Part shown: piece after piece, positions 15,932-24,874 of the stretch | Layout of the letters: each line of letters opens with the position of its first letter | Numbering within the stretch: the first letter of the stretch is position 1 | Source of the DNA: a virus | Taxonomy: Duplodnaviria; Caudoviricetes | Strand: one strand, 5' to 3' | IMG/VR virus record: IMGVR_UViG_3300026543_000122 | Span: 1 to 35,578 of that record | DNA length: 35,578 nucleotides | Notes under the pieces: generated by a model | The model's input: the letters and a program-made list of their open reading frames with translations, nothing else | What the model was told of the DNA's origin: nothing | Database searches by the model: none | Program-made: the position numbers and the translations under genes

Positions 15932-17869
15932 TTAACTCCCTACGAATTGAATCCTAGTATCCACATGCCAACTTAGAGTATTATCAGCCGCACCTGTCAT
16001 TTGGACAAGAACGTTAGTTCCAGAAATAACGTGATTTGCATCGAATCCAGCTTGGTCTTCAGAAATGGGTGTCTTCTGCACCGCTCCGAGTAGAGTGACG
16101 GTTCCTACTTTTGTGGTGTAAGAAGATCGAATGATATAGGTCGCCCCATCGTCTGCAGTCCCTGAAACACCGCCCGTTCTTCTTCCTACAACAAAAGATT
16201 CTAGAATGTATGTACGGCTTGCGGTAATTCCAATCGTCTGTGCTGTAGTTGGAGTCGCATTCGTTGTAATGACGTCATCTTGAAGGTGACGAAAGTTGAT
16301 TCGATCTGTCGTGTTGTCGGCGTCGGTTTCTACTGCCAATGTAGGATTTACAGAATCCTCTTGCCTGATATGTAACTTACTATCCCCATCACCTGGGGCA
16401 GCGCCGATGTAAACTTCATCTCGCCCAGCATCCGTTACTAAGAGATTATTATCGGCTAATCCTTCAAATCTCGAGTCGTGATTATTCCCTTCCTCATTGA
16501 AGACAAAAGAAACGTCATCCATTCGGATCTGATCTGCAGAAGCATCAACCAAAAGTGCGTTTGTGCTATTATTGGTTTCGACACGTAAGTCGTCATTCGC
16601 CGTTCCTGTCCCACCGTCATTGACGATCAGCCCGGTTGTGAATCTACCATCGCCCGTCACATCTAAATTAAAACTCCCAACGACGGGGCCCTTATTAATT
16701 GCAAGTTCACCGTCGTTTGAGAGAGTCATTACGGTGGTGACTTCGGCAGCTCTCCATAGATATGCTCCACCCAAAACGGCGGTTGAAAAATTTCCCTGAT
16801 CCCATATCTGTTCTGATCCTAGATCTTTGTGTGCCTGGGTTTTGATAGAACTTAGAAAAACGGTTCCAGTATTTGCAATGCGAATGTTCGTGTCTATAGC
16901 AAAATTTCCAAGATGAACAAGAGATTCGGGCGTGTTATTTCCGAAACCGATGCGATTTAACGAAACATTTGCGTTGAAAAGATTGATCGCTCCGCTTGTT
17001 ACTGTGAGACTAAAGCCGTCGATCTCTGTCTCTGCATCAACTACTAGCCTACCTGTAGTCGTAGTATCAATATGAAGATCCGTAGCTGCGACTGTGTTTA
17101 GGATCGTATCCCCATTGATATTAATATTATCGACTGTAATTTGATCATTAAAAGTAGCAGCTGGAGTAAATGTAGTAGTCGAATCGATAGTGATGTCACC
17201 CGATCCGGCATCAATATTAATATCTTGGTTCGATTGAGAAGCTATCTGAAGTTGGGCTGTAGTTTGGCCTTGAATATTAAGAGCGTTTGTTATGTCACCA
17301 CCAGTAAGATCAACGTTGCCAGAGGTTAAAATAACGTTCCCACTTACAAGAGTCAGGTCATCTCCGCTATTGATTACTATTCCACCTGTTCCGTTAGCTT
17401 GTAGAAACAAATTAGTATTTAAACTAAGGGTTCTAATCGTGCTTAAATCCGGAGGGCTCGCTCCACCAATTCTAATGCTGCCAATATCGACCGTAGAAAG
17501 TCCTGTTATGGTGGACCCACTGAAAACTAAATCTTCGATATTAACGTCTAGTGTGCTACTGATATCTATGTCGCCCGCACCGGTTATTGTAATTCCAGAA
17601 CCTGAAATCAAATCAATGCCGGCATCGTTTGTGGTCCTTATTTCAATATCCCCAGCACCGCCGCTCCCAGTGTGCTCGATCACTAGGTTTGAAGCCGTTA
17701 TAGCAGTCGTGATCTTTAGCTCTCCCGTTGATGTGAAAAGATTATTTCCTCCCAGATCAAGATTCCCAGTCATGATGCTGGTACCATCGAGCAGCAGAAA
17801 GGAAGTGTGCTGGATAGGCGTGACGTGGCCTATGATCGCAGCAACATCGAGGGGAGTGTTAATTGCCAT
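15932..17869 (-). CDS. Long tail fibre/spike
   Basis: 645 aa, Thr/Gly/Asn-rich beta repeats, LLLDGT..MTGNLDLGGN and RIGFGNNTP fibre motifs. Confidence 0.75.
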   Translation of the reverse strand: MAINTPLDVAAIIGHVTPIQHTSFLLLDGTSIMTGNLDLGGNNLFTSTGELKITTAITASNLVIEHTGSGGAGDIEIRTTNDAGIDLISGSGITITGAGDIDISSTLDVNIEDLVFSGSTITGLSTVDIGSIRIGGASPPDLSTIRTLSLNTNLFLQANGTGGIVINSGDDLTLVSGNVILTSGNVDLTGGDITNALNIQGQTTAQLQIASQSNQDINIDAGSGDITIDSTTTFTPAATFNDQITVDNININGDTILNTVAATDLHIDTTTTGRLVVDAETEIDGFSLTVTSGAINLFNANVSLNRIGFGNNTPESLVHLGNFAIDTNIRIANTGTVFLSSIKTQAHKDLGSEQIWDQGNFSTAVLGGAYLWRAAEVTTVMTLSNDGELAINKGPVVGSFNLDVTGDGRFTTGLIVNDGGTGTANDDLRVETNNSTNALLVDASADQIRMDDVSFVFNEEGNNHDSRFEGLADNNLLVTDAGRDEVYIGAAPGDGDSKLHIRQEDSVNPTLAVETDADNTTDRINFRHLQDDVITTNATPTTAQTIGITASRTYILESFVVGRRTGGVSGTADDGATYIIRSSYTTKVGTVTLLGAVQKTPISEDQAGFDANHVISGTNVLVQMTGAADNTLSWHVDTRIQFVGS

Positions 17870-18165
17870 TAGCTGTAAACCAGCGCCTCTCTATTGTCCC
17901 AAATATTATCGAAGTTTGTGTTTCCATCAGCGAATTGAATCTCAGTTGCAGTTCCAGTCACATTAATTTCAGCGATTCTCCAAGAAGCCGCACTCGTAGC
18001 TGTTCCCGCCGCGGCGTAGCCAATGTAAGTGATTGTGGCATCTCCAGAATTGACCGCTACCTCGATACTCCCAAATAAACTCGTAACGGGTACGGGATTT
18101 GTAGCACTACCAGTACCACCCGTGACCTCAACAATCTTAGGTCCACCGATTGATCCGATAGACAT
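17869..18165 (-). CDS. Virion structural protein
   Basis: TYIGYA..G.ATS...WRI...FADG...F.NIWDNR motif familiar from phage structural ORFs. Confidence 0.55.
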   Translation of the reverse strand: MSIGSIGGPKIVEVTGGTGSATNPVPVTSLFGSIEVAVNSGDATITYIGYAAAGTATSAASWRIAEINVTGTATEIQFADGNTNFDNIWDNREALVYS

Positions 18166-18168
18166 AGC

Positions 18169-18477
18169 TTACCGCCTTTTAAAATAGGCAACATGCACGG
18201 CGTTGCCGTCGTTTTCAGCGTCCACAAAGAGGTCTGATAGAAACAGAGCCTCGCTGATCCCTCTTAAAGAATCCCCGGCCAAAGGGACAGACTGCCCTGG
18301 GCAGAGAAAAGTGTCAGTCGAATCGACAGTCGAGTCCCCGTAAAAGATCTTACCAGTGTTGAGGTCACTTGCCTGAATGATAATCGAGCTCGCACTAATC
18401 TCATTAGCACTGATCTGCACCGCGGTGCCCGCTGTCGTGACAGTGACCGTGCCGAGTGAGACTAGGCGTAACGGCAT
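18169..18477 (-). CDS. Virion structural protein (jelly-roll-like)
   Basis: TVTTAGTAVQI...IQA...NTG.I.YG pattern; located in the structural operon. Confidence 0.55.
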   Translation of the reverse strand: MPLRLVSLGTVTVTTAGTAVQISANEISASSIIIQASDLNTGKIFYGDSTVDSTDTFLCPGQSVPLAGDSLRGISEALFLSDLFVDAENDGNAVHVAYFKRR

Positions 18478-18942
18478 TTAAACGCTCTGTTCTACGACCA
18501 GCTTTACCGTAATGTCGTCCGTTGCCGCGTAAGTGGGAGTGCCGCGAGTAACTAATTGACCAAAAATTGTTCCGGTATTTCTAGCTTTAAACGCAAGGCC
18601 AATATTTTTTACTGTCGCAGTATCACTTGCCATCATGTCAACATAATCGCCAGCAACAACAGGGACAACCCCTATGATATTAACTGCGTCGGCATCACTT
18701 ACAGTAAAGGCGCTATTGTCCGCAGTCGCTGTAAAGGTCTGGTCAAATAACACCAAATCAAGAGCTGCGCTCTGCGCACCTTCATCGATCACTATAAAAG
18801 ACGTAACAATCCCAGTTCCTTGGGCGTTTGTCATCTGAGCAAAGGTAAGTAAGCCTCCCAGAGCATCGCCTCCGGAATATAACCCAGCTGTGATTGTTGG
18901 GGTTTGTGAAATGCTTTTTATGCTTCTACAACAATTGCCCAT
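18478..18942 (-). CDS. Virion structural protein
   Basis: Beta-rich, YSGGDALGG motif; position in the operon. Confidence 0.55.
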   Translation of the reverse strand: MGNCCRSIKSISQTPTITAGLYSGGDALGGLLTFAQMTNAQGTGIVTSFIVIDEGAQSAALDLVLFDQTFTATADNSAFTVSDADAVNIIGVVPVVAGDYVDMMASDTATVKNIGLAFKARNTGTIFGQLVTRGTPTYAATDDITVKLVVEQSV

Positions 18943-19649
18943 TATCGCTCCTGAATAACGTGAAGATAATCAATCGTCAAAGTTTTTGCTACAGCTTCAC
19001 CGTTCGTCACTATGTAAGTGAGAGCCAATTGCTCATTGTCAGGAATATTGGTCGAATGAGTGACTACATGATTGTCATTTATGTAGTAATAAACTCGGCT
19101 AATCCCGTCCCAGTACATCGACAGTTTGACATAAGTGTCAATCACAGCGTCCTGTCCCGTGTCAGTCAGAGTCTCAGTTGAATCTTTTTCTGCAATCGCC
19201 TCAATTGAAGCGTTGCCATCACTGATCTGAAATCCCACTCTGTCGCTGCTGACAAGCGGAGTCGTATCAGTGATATTCAGCCCAATGAAGAACTCAACCT
19301 GAGCGATGTCAGTTCCACCAATTTTGATTCTGCAAGACATCCACATCCTGGCTCCAGCGGTACAAGACCAAGCTTCTTCTGTACTCTGAGAAGAACTGGA
19401 ATCATCATCTGATCCAGCATTCGTGACTAAAAGAGCTCCGCCTTGTTCGTCAGCAGCAAGAACTTGAGTGGCAACTCCGACTTCGGTCACTACCCAGTCA
19501 GCAGCTGCGTAATCTTGAGCAACTAAAAAATCATTGAAATAAACACTGTAGTCCGGATCAGAGCTTGCTGGCATATTGGATCGCCAACCGCTTGCTTTTT
19601 CCGGTTCATCCTTACCTAAAATTGGTCCCTTGAAATGTGTATTACCCAT
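18942..19649 (-). CDS. Capsid-associated fibre/decoration protein (lectin-like C-terminal domain)
   Basis: MGNTHFKGP N-terminus directly after the major capsid gene; FNDF...W motif. Confidence 0.6.
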   Translation of the reverse strand: MGNTHFKGPILGKDEPEKASGWRSNMPASSDPDYSVYFNDFLVAQDYAAADWVVTEVGVATQVLAADEQGGALLVTNAGSDDDSSSSQSTEEAWSCTAGARMWMSCRIKIGGTDIAQVEFFIGLNITDTTPLVSSDRVGFQISDGNASIEAIAEKDSTETLTDTGQDAVIDTYVKLSMYWDGISRVYYYINDNHVVTHSTNIPDNEQLALTYIVTNGEAVAKTLTIDYLHVIQER

Positions 19650-19700
19650 GCTTTCCTCCTAATTCCTGGGTGTCAGTGTGGGGTTGCCACACTTTAGGAG

Positions 19701-19732
19701 AAAGGGGAGAGGTATTGAACCTGCTCCCCTTT
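19701..19732 (-). terminator. Hairpin/terminator after the major capsid gene
   Basis: AAAGGGGAG...CTCCCCTTT 9-bp stem followed by a pyrimidine run. Confidence 0.6.
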
Positions 19733-19753
19733 AACCACAAAGTTTTACTTCAA

Positions 19754-20686
19754 TTAGACTCCGGGTGAGCCAAACGCCCCGTAGGGATGAATGGCGCCAA
19801 CCTGCCAACGATAACGTGACTTGTATAGAATCGCGTCAGTGCTAAAGCCCACATCTGGTCCACCGGCTTTTGTTTCAACCGGTGATCTAGAAATGACTCG
19901 AAGACCTGTGTCCTGAGGCATCGACAAAATAAACCAGGCGTCTGCATCAGTGAGATGCGGAGAGCTGACAACACTCATGCCCTCGTCCATAAACGAGTTC
20001 ATGTTGTTATCGGCCGTCTCTGGTTTGAGATTCGATTGAAGAAGCTCTTTTGCAAGAAGCCTATTGTCAGGATGAACCAGCAAAGTCTTCTTTCTTAGCA
20101 TCAACTGCTTTCCGTTATCAGAGATAAACTCAGTCTCGTAATCACTGATCGCAGTCGTAAGTGAAGTGACATCAAGATCCGCCGCAGTCGCTAACTCGTT
20201 TCTGAAAGTCAGACCAGAAGGCAGCGTATGCGCCTGATCAAAAACAGGCTGTCCGTCGGAAGTCGTTTCCGATGAGAAGCCGTTATTGAAAACGTTCATT
20301 GCTTTTATTTCTCTGGATTCGGCCGCACTTCTGCCAAGCTCAGAGATCAGCATCTGAATGTGATCAAACTTTCCATCCTCCACCATTTCCTCAGAGATCG
20401 AGACCCCAAGTCCAAATTTCTGAATGGTGAAAGTTTTACTGGCGCCCTGTTTCTGACGTTGGAAGGTGTATTCCGCGCCCTCCGGGACGACAGAAAATTG
20501 CGGCAAATCATGCAATTCACTTGATTGCCAGATTTCCCTATCATGGGCAACAACTTTAAATAACATCTCATGCGCTTTTGGAAATAGATCAAAACTCGTT
20601 CTGAAGAGCTCTTCAAGAACTGGTAATGAATTAACTCCGAAAAGATCTGAGAGGTTAGATTGTAAAAATACTGGTGTAACAGCCAT
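19754..20686 (-). CDS. Major capsid protein (HK97 fold, Mu gpT-like)
   Basis: 310 aa; VPEGAEY, FGLGVSISEEMVED, VFNNGF...DGQ.VF..AH, LLVHP, SPHLTD.DAWF motifs; GGAGG SD. Confidence 0.9.
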   Translation of the reverse strand: MAVTPVFLQSNLSDLFGVNSLPVLEELFRTSFDLFPKAHEMLFKVVAHDREIWQSSELHDLPQFSVVPEGAEYTFQRQKQGASKTFTIQKFGLGVSISEEMVEDGKFDHIQMLISELGRSAAESREIKAMNVFNNGFSSETTSDGQPVFDQAHTLPSGLTFRNELATAADLDVTSLTTAISDYETEFISDNGKQLMLRKKTLLVHPDNRLLAKELLQSNLKPETADNNMNSFMDEGMSVVSSPHLTDADAWFILSMPQDTGLRVISRSPVETKAGGPDVGFSTDAILYKSRYRWQVGAIHPYGAFGSPGV

Positions 20687-20707
20687 TTCTGTAACCTCCT
20701 AAAAAAG

Positions 20708-21196
20708 TTAGATTCCAGCGAATCCGTTTTCGCCGTACAGCTGACTCTCGTTGATCTTAATAAGGCAATCAACTTGAGCGCCTAATGCGTTGTCATCTCT
20801 ATTGTCAATCCCGATCAGCACAAGTTGCTGAGTCGACGTTCCGAAAGTGGAAGAATCCACTTCCATGCGCGATTGATTGTAAGTAGTATCTCCAGCAGTT
20901 GCTAGAATCTCAAACGTATTTCCAATGTCAGTTTGGGCATCAACATCAGAACCATCTGCCTGAATAACATAAATCTGTTCAGGGTCAACGCTGACCTTAA
21001 GCAGCTGCCCGCTGGCAGTGGCGTGATCAAGTGCTACTCCTAAAATGTTTTCTGCAACAACAGATGGATCAACTAACCCATCTGCTTCTAAATGCACAAA
21101 GTCCCCAGGAAATACTTCAGCACCGGCAGTGTATTCCTGCACGCGCCTTGCTTCACCTAAAGGTCTTGCGCCTTGTGGTTGATCTCTATTTGCCAT
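20708..21196 (-). CDS. Capsid decoration/cement protein
   Basis: MANRDQPQGARP...GDFV...VDPEQIYVIQ; immediately upstream of the major capsid gene. Confidence 0.65.
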   Translation of the reverse strand: MANRDQPQGARPLGEARRVQEYTAGAEVFPGDFVHLEADGLVDPSVVAENILGVALDHATASGQLLKVSVDPEQIYVIQADGSDVDAQTDIGNTFEILATAGDTTYNQSRMEVDSSTFGTSTQQLVLIGIDNRDDNALGAQVDCLIKINESQLYGENGFAGI

Positions 21197-21213
21197 GAGT
21201 AATAACCTCCTCT

Positions 21214-21696
21214 TTAACCGTTTTCGTCATAGCCCTCGTAAACACGGGTGTTCAAATTAGCGGATTGAGCCTTTTGTCGAAGCTGGTCGGCTTTAGAGCC
21301 TTCAAACCCTAATTGACGATCTGCTTTCTCCTGAAGACCTTTACGATGGTAATCAGCAGCTTCTTTTGGCTTGTATCCTAAAATCATTGTACCACGACGC
21401 AACTGGTTGCCCTCCCTTCCTATATGGAAATCATGAAGACCGAGTTCTTCTGGGTTCTCTACTTCGTAAACTCTCCATCCCATCTTGTGATAACCGGAAT
21501 TTTCAGCAATGTGCTTTGCTCGAAGCCATCTGAATTGTATACCGTCTTGATCGGCTTTCTTCATTAGCTCTGGCGGAAGGTGAAGAGCGCTGCCAATCGG
21601 CGCCCAGGCCGCTAGATCAATCTTTTTCTTTTGGGCGATTGGTTTCTTTCCTTCAACAATTGCCTCACTTGCCATCTTTTTATTTCCAAAACTCAT
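21214..21696 (-). CDS. Conserved-type head-module protein
   Basis: FRWLR...GW.V...G.MILG..P pattern seen between scaffold and capsid genes in similar phages. Confidence 0.55.
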   Translation of the reverse strand: MSFGNKKMASEAIVEGKKPIAQKKKIDLAAWAPIGSALHLPPELMKKADQDGIQFRWLRAKHIAENSGYHKMGWRVYEVENPEELGLHDFHIGREGNQLRRGTMILGYKPKEAADYHRKGLQEKADRQLGFEGSKADQLRQKAQSANLNTRVYEGYDENG

Positions 21697-21705
21697 AAAA
21701 TCCCC

Positions 21706-22407
21706 TTATTTATAATTCATCCAATTTTTTCGTGACGCATGCTTCCTAAGTCGCTCTATATATTTCGGATCATCAACTGGTTGTCCTAGTAATTTTGCGA
21801 ACTGCATCATGGTATCCGGCATCTCGCCGCCCGCCTTCGCTGTCTTCTTTGAAGATCCAGCAACGAAGTCGTCCGTATCGGACTTTGTTCTTTTACTGAC
21901 CGGTTTAAGGCCGATCTCCATCGCTGCCTTTAAGATCGAAGCCTCGATCACGTTTGGATCCGTCTTCTGCTCAGCGGCTACCTTTGAGAAATACTCGTTA
22001 GCCTTTCTCACGAGAGGACTGTTTGGCTCATAGAGCTCCGGAAAACTTTTCGCCATCTCGTTATAGGTTGTTTGCTGGACCTGAGTCGCCTGTTGAGCTG
22101 TTGCAGCTTCTTGCCTCACTTCAGCAAGAATCTGTTTTCTTAAATTCTCCTTGGCCGTCCCAGGATCAGTCAGCCAAAGATCATCGTCCTCTGGCTCTGC
22201 TGGTTTGGGTTGAGGAGCGAGTCTTTGCAAAAGCTCTGTATTCGCCTTCGTAAGAGCGTCCATTTTCTCAGAGGCATTTGCTTCTAAATTCTTTAATTTA
22301 CGATCAAACTCACTCTTCAAATTCTTCATCGGATCTTCATTCTGAGAAGATTCGTTAACAGTTTTTTCAGGTTGAGCTGGTTCGGTAGTTGACGTTTCGT
22401 CAGCCAT
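21706..22407 (-). CDS. Scaffolding protein
   Basis: Acidic disordered N-terminus, coiled coil, FPEL..P.S motif, C-terminal helix-turn-helix; lies between portal and capsid genes. Confidence 0.7.
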   Translation of the reverse strand: MADETSTTEPAQPEKTVNESSQNEDPMKNLKSEFDRKLKNLEANASEKMDALTKANTELLQRLAPQPKPAEPEDDDLWLTDPGTAKENLRKQILAEVRQEAATAQQATQVQQTTYNEMAKSFPELYEPNSPLVRKANEYFSKVAAEQKTDPNVIEASILKAAMEIGLKPVSKRTKSDTDDFVAGSSKKTAKAGGEMPDTMMQFAKLLGQPVDDPKYIERLRKHASRKNWMNYK

Positions 22408-22472
22408 GATAACCTCCAGTGATTACGTCACCACTCGGTTTAATTGGTTTTGATGACTCTTAAGGCATCAAA

Positions 22473-22706
22473 TCAGGATTTTTTGATGCCCTCTATGACA
22501 TTTTTAAATGCAGTTGAAATTTTTCTAGCCCCCTCGGCTCTTGCTTTTTGATAGATGATCTTTCTCTCATCTTCTGCGTCCATCAGTAAAATGCTACTTA
22601 TTTGCTTCTCTTGATAGGATGACAACTCGTCTAGAATTGTAAAGAGTAATTCTTTTACGTCTTTCGTGATGTGGGTCTGAATGAGTTCTTTTTGATCTAA
22701 CGTCAT
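22473..22706 (-). CDS. Small head-module protein
   Basis: ATGA-coupled to the portal; AEGAR helical motif. Confidence 0.6.
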   Translation of the reverse strand: MTLDQKELIQTHITKDVKELLFTILDELSSYQEKQISSILLMDAEDERKIIYQKARAEGARKISTAFKNVIEGIKKS

Positions 22707-24874
22707 ACCTGCGGCTGTTCGTTGTTGGCACCCTGTTGATTGATCGCTTGCTGCTGAGAATTTCTCTGCTGAGCTTGAAGCTCTCCCAAAGCTTGCTGCA
22801 TCTGAGCATGCGCCTGGGCTTGAGCAGCAACCTGCAGAGTCTGTTCTTGTGTTAAGGATCCCAACAGTTCGTCACTATCCTGCACTTTCTCGAAAAATTC
22901 AATGAATCCCTGATGGTCCATTTCAGGAGTGATCCCAACGGTGATGCCAGCCTTGATTCGATTAAACTCCTCAATCGGTGTGAGCATGATTCCGAATTGA
23001 CGCGGCACTGTGAAGTACTTATTGAAATCTTTCACCTGGAGACTCATCATCAGAGTTTTAATCGCTTCGTAGTAGCCTCTCGGGTTAACGATCCCAAGCT
23101 GGATGGCGAGTGGGTTATTGACGAGCTGTAAGATGGTCTGGGCGTTTTGCTGTCTGATTCCTGGATCGGATTGAGCAGAGTTGGAAGAGATCTCAAAATC
23201 AAAATCACCAGCAACATCTTGAGCGTCGCGTATATTAACCCAGTAATTATCAGAATCCTGACCAGTAATCCTAAAAGATAAACCAGGCGGGATCCTCTTC
23301 TGAAGCATGTGAAAGAGATATTCAAGGACTTGTTTCCATGTTCTAAAAAGTCGTTTGAGATGAATGTCAAGGTTGGCACTCGCTTGACCGACAAGAGCTC
23401 TCGTTCCAGTAGCAGTTCTCGTAGCACCTTGCTGGGAGCTCAGCACTCCCAATGCCAAGTCGCTCACGCCAGTTAGTCTCTCAACCATTCTCTCGATTGC
23501 GGCCTCTTCTTGAAGGCCAAACGAGACTCGGTTCCCAAGGTTCGGGAACACGATATCGGTTTGAGGATTATCGACAGGAATAAGATCCCCGGGGCCGTAC
23601 TTAATCTTTTCGGGCTCTAGAGAACTTGAGGCACGAATGAAGCCAAAGGGGCACACCGAAAGAAGCCCAAAATCGATCCTTATATTGTGCATCGCATCTA
23701 GCTCGACAGAGAGTGGATGCAAAATTTCTGCAAGTCCAATCCCAAACTCCTGGTCCTTTCGCCTAAAGAAGTCGCTCTTGAAGAAGGGTTTTCTTCCGTC
23801 AGGAGAGATCCGGTGAAGGTAAGTCGCTCTTAGCTCTCCACCCTTTCTTCGGTGAGACCAGGTAACGATCTGTGAATTGATCCCACTGTCGTCAATAGCG
23901 ACCTCCCAATAGGTCTCTAAAATCTCGTACTGATCGTTGTCATTTCCGCTGTCAGCTCCAGCCATTCCAGCAGTTTGAGATCTCTCGTCTTTCATTCCAG
24001 ATGAGTCGCCGCCGCTCTTATTGTCAGGTCCAGATTGGATAATTTCTTTCACCACATCCATATCGAAAATCTTCTGATCAGCAAGCATCAGGAGCTGACT
24101 TGCGGTCATGTAGATCCTGTGCTGAAGCGTATGAGCCTTTTGTGGATTTCCACCACCCCCCACCATGTTGAAATCTTCTAAATTTATACTTTCTAAGACG
24201 GGTCCATTAAAGGTCTCTTTAACTCTCTCGACTTCCTTTTCAACAATCTTCACTTGAGGAACAGCTACTTCATTCCCCTCTTGATCAACCGTAAATTCAC
24301 TGGTTGGCTCAAGCTGCTTCTCGATATCCATAAACCGAGTAAACTGCTGGTCCCATCTCCACTTTAAAAGCCCAACACCTGTTGAGACCCACTGCCAAAC
24401 GAAGTCATCCAAAACCTCATCAACACCCTCGTTTCCGTTCGCCCATTCCTTAAGCGCGTAGCGCATAGTTTCAGATATAACGGTTTCCCTTTCGACATTT
24501 GCTTCTTGCCTGGCTTTGGCGGGGAAACGGAAATCATCAGCAATGAGTGCCTGATACATTCTTGCGTGAAAGGTCTTTGTGATAATGAATGGCATCGGGA
24601 TGTGGAGTGAGGAAGAGTTCTCAAACGGTCCCTCAGCGGAAGACTCTAGAAACTCATCCCAGTCCCGAAGGTACCTTACTTGGCGCCGTAGCCACCGCTC
24701 ACGGTCAGCATTGCCTGAGCTCCAAATGTGCTGGGCCTTAATGCCAAGCTTCATTTCCTTAACTTTTTTCAGAAGCTTCTTTGGGATCTGAAACCTAAGG
24801 TCCACATCAACATCGCTTAGCTTCTTATCGCGATCTCCATCTAAAACTTTCTTATCGTCTTGGATTTGTGACAT
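22703..24874 (-). CDS. Portal protein
   Basis: 723 aa after the terminase; GVGLLKW, FGIGLAE, TGVSD...G..RTATG motifs and a Gln-rich C-terminal tail. Confidence 0.9.
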   Translation of the reverse strand: MSQIQDDKKVLDGDRDKKLSDVDVDLRFQIPKKLLKKVKEMKLGIKAQHIWSSGNADRERWLRRQVRYLRDWDEFLESSAEGPFENSSSLHIPMPFIITKTFHARMYQALIADDFRFPAKARQEANVERETVISETMRYALKEWANGNEGVDEVLDDFVWQWVSTGVGLLKWRWDQQFTRFMDIEKQLEPTSEFTVDQEGNEVAVPQVKIVEKEVERVKETFNGPVLESINLEDFNMVGGGGNPQKAHTLQHRIYMTASQLLMLADQKIFDMDVVKEIIQSGPDNKSGGDSSGMKDERSQTAGMAGADSGNDNDQYEILETYWEVAIDDSGINSQIVTWSHRRKGGELRATYLHRISPDGRKPFFKSDFFRRKDQEFGIGLAEILHPLSVELDAMHNIRIDFGLLSVCPFGFIRASSSLEPEKIKYGPGDLIPVDNPQTDIVFPNLGNRVSFGLQEEAAIERMVERLTGVSDLALGVLSSQQGATRTATGTRALVGQASANLDIHLKRLFRTWKQVLEYLFHMLQKRIPPGLSFRITGQDSDNYWVNIRDAQDVAGDFDFEISSNSAQSDPGIRQQNAQTILQLVNNPLAIQLGIVNPRGYYEAIKTLMMSLQVKDFNKYFTVPRQFGIMLTPIEEFNRIKAGITVGITPEMDHQGFIEFFEKVQDSDELLGSLTQEQTLQVAAQAQAHAQMQQALGELQAQQRNSQQQAINQQGANNEQPQV

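Noticed and set aside
10609-17869. Diversity-generating retroelement or invertible fibre cassette
   Set aside because: I saw no reverse transcriptase, template/variable repeat pair or flanking inverted repeats by eye; a self dot-plot would settle this.
12763-17966. Antisense ORFs 12763..13164, 16563..16799 and 17292..17966
   Set aside because: Shadow frames of Thr/Gly-rich structural genes.
19710-19722. GGTTCAATACC as part of a tRNA gene
   Set aside because: It caps a simple hairpin, and no cloverleaf can be built around it.
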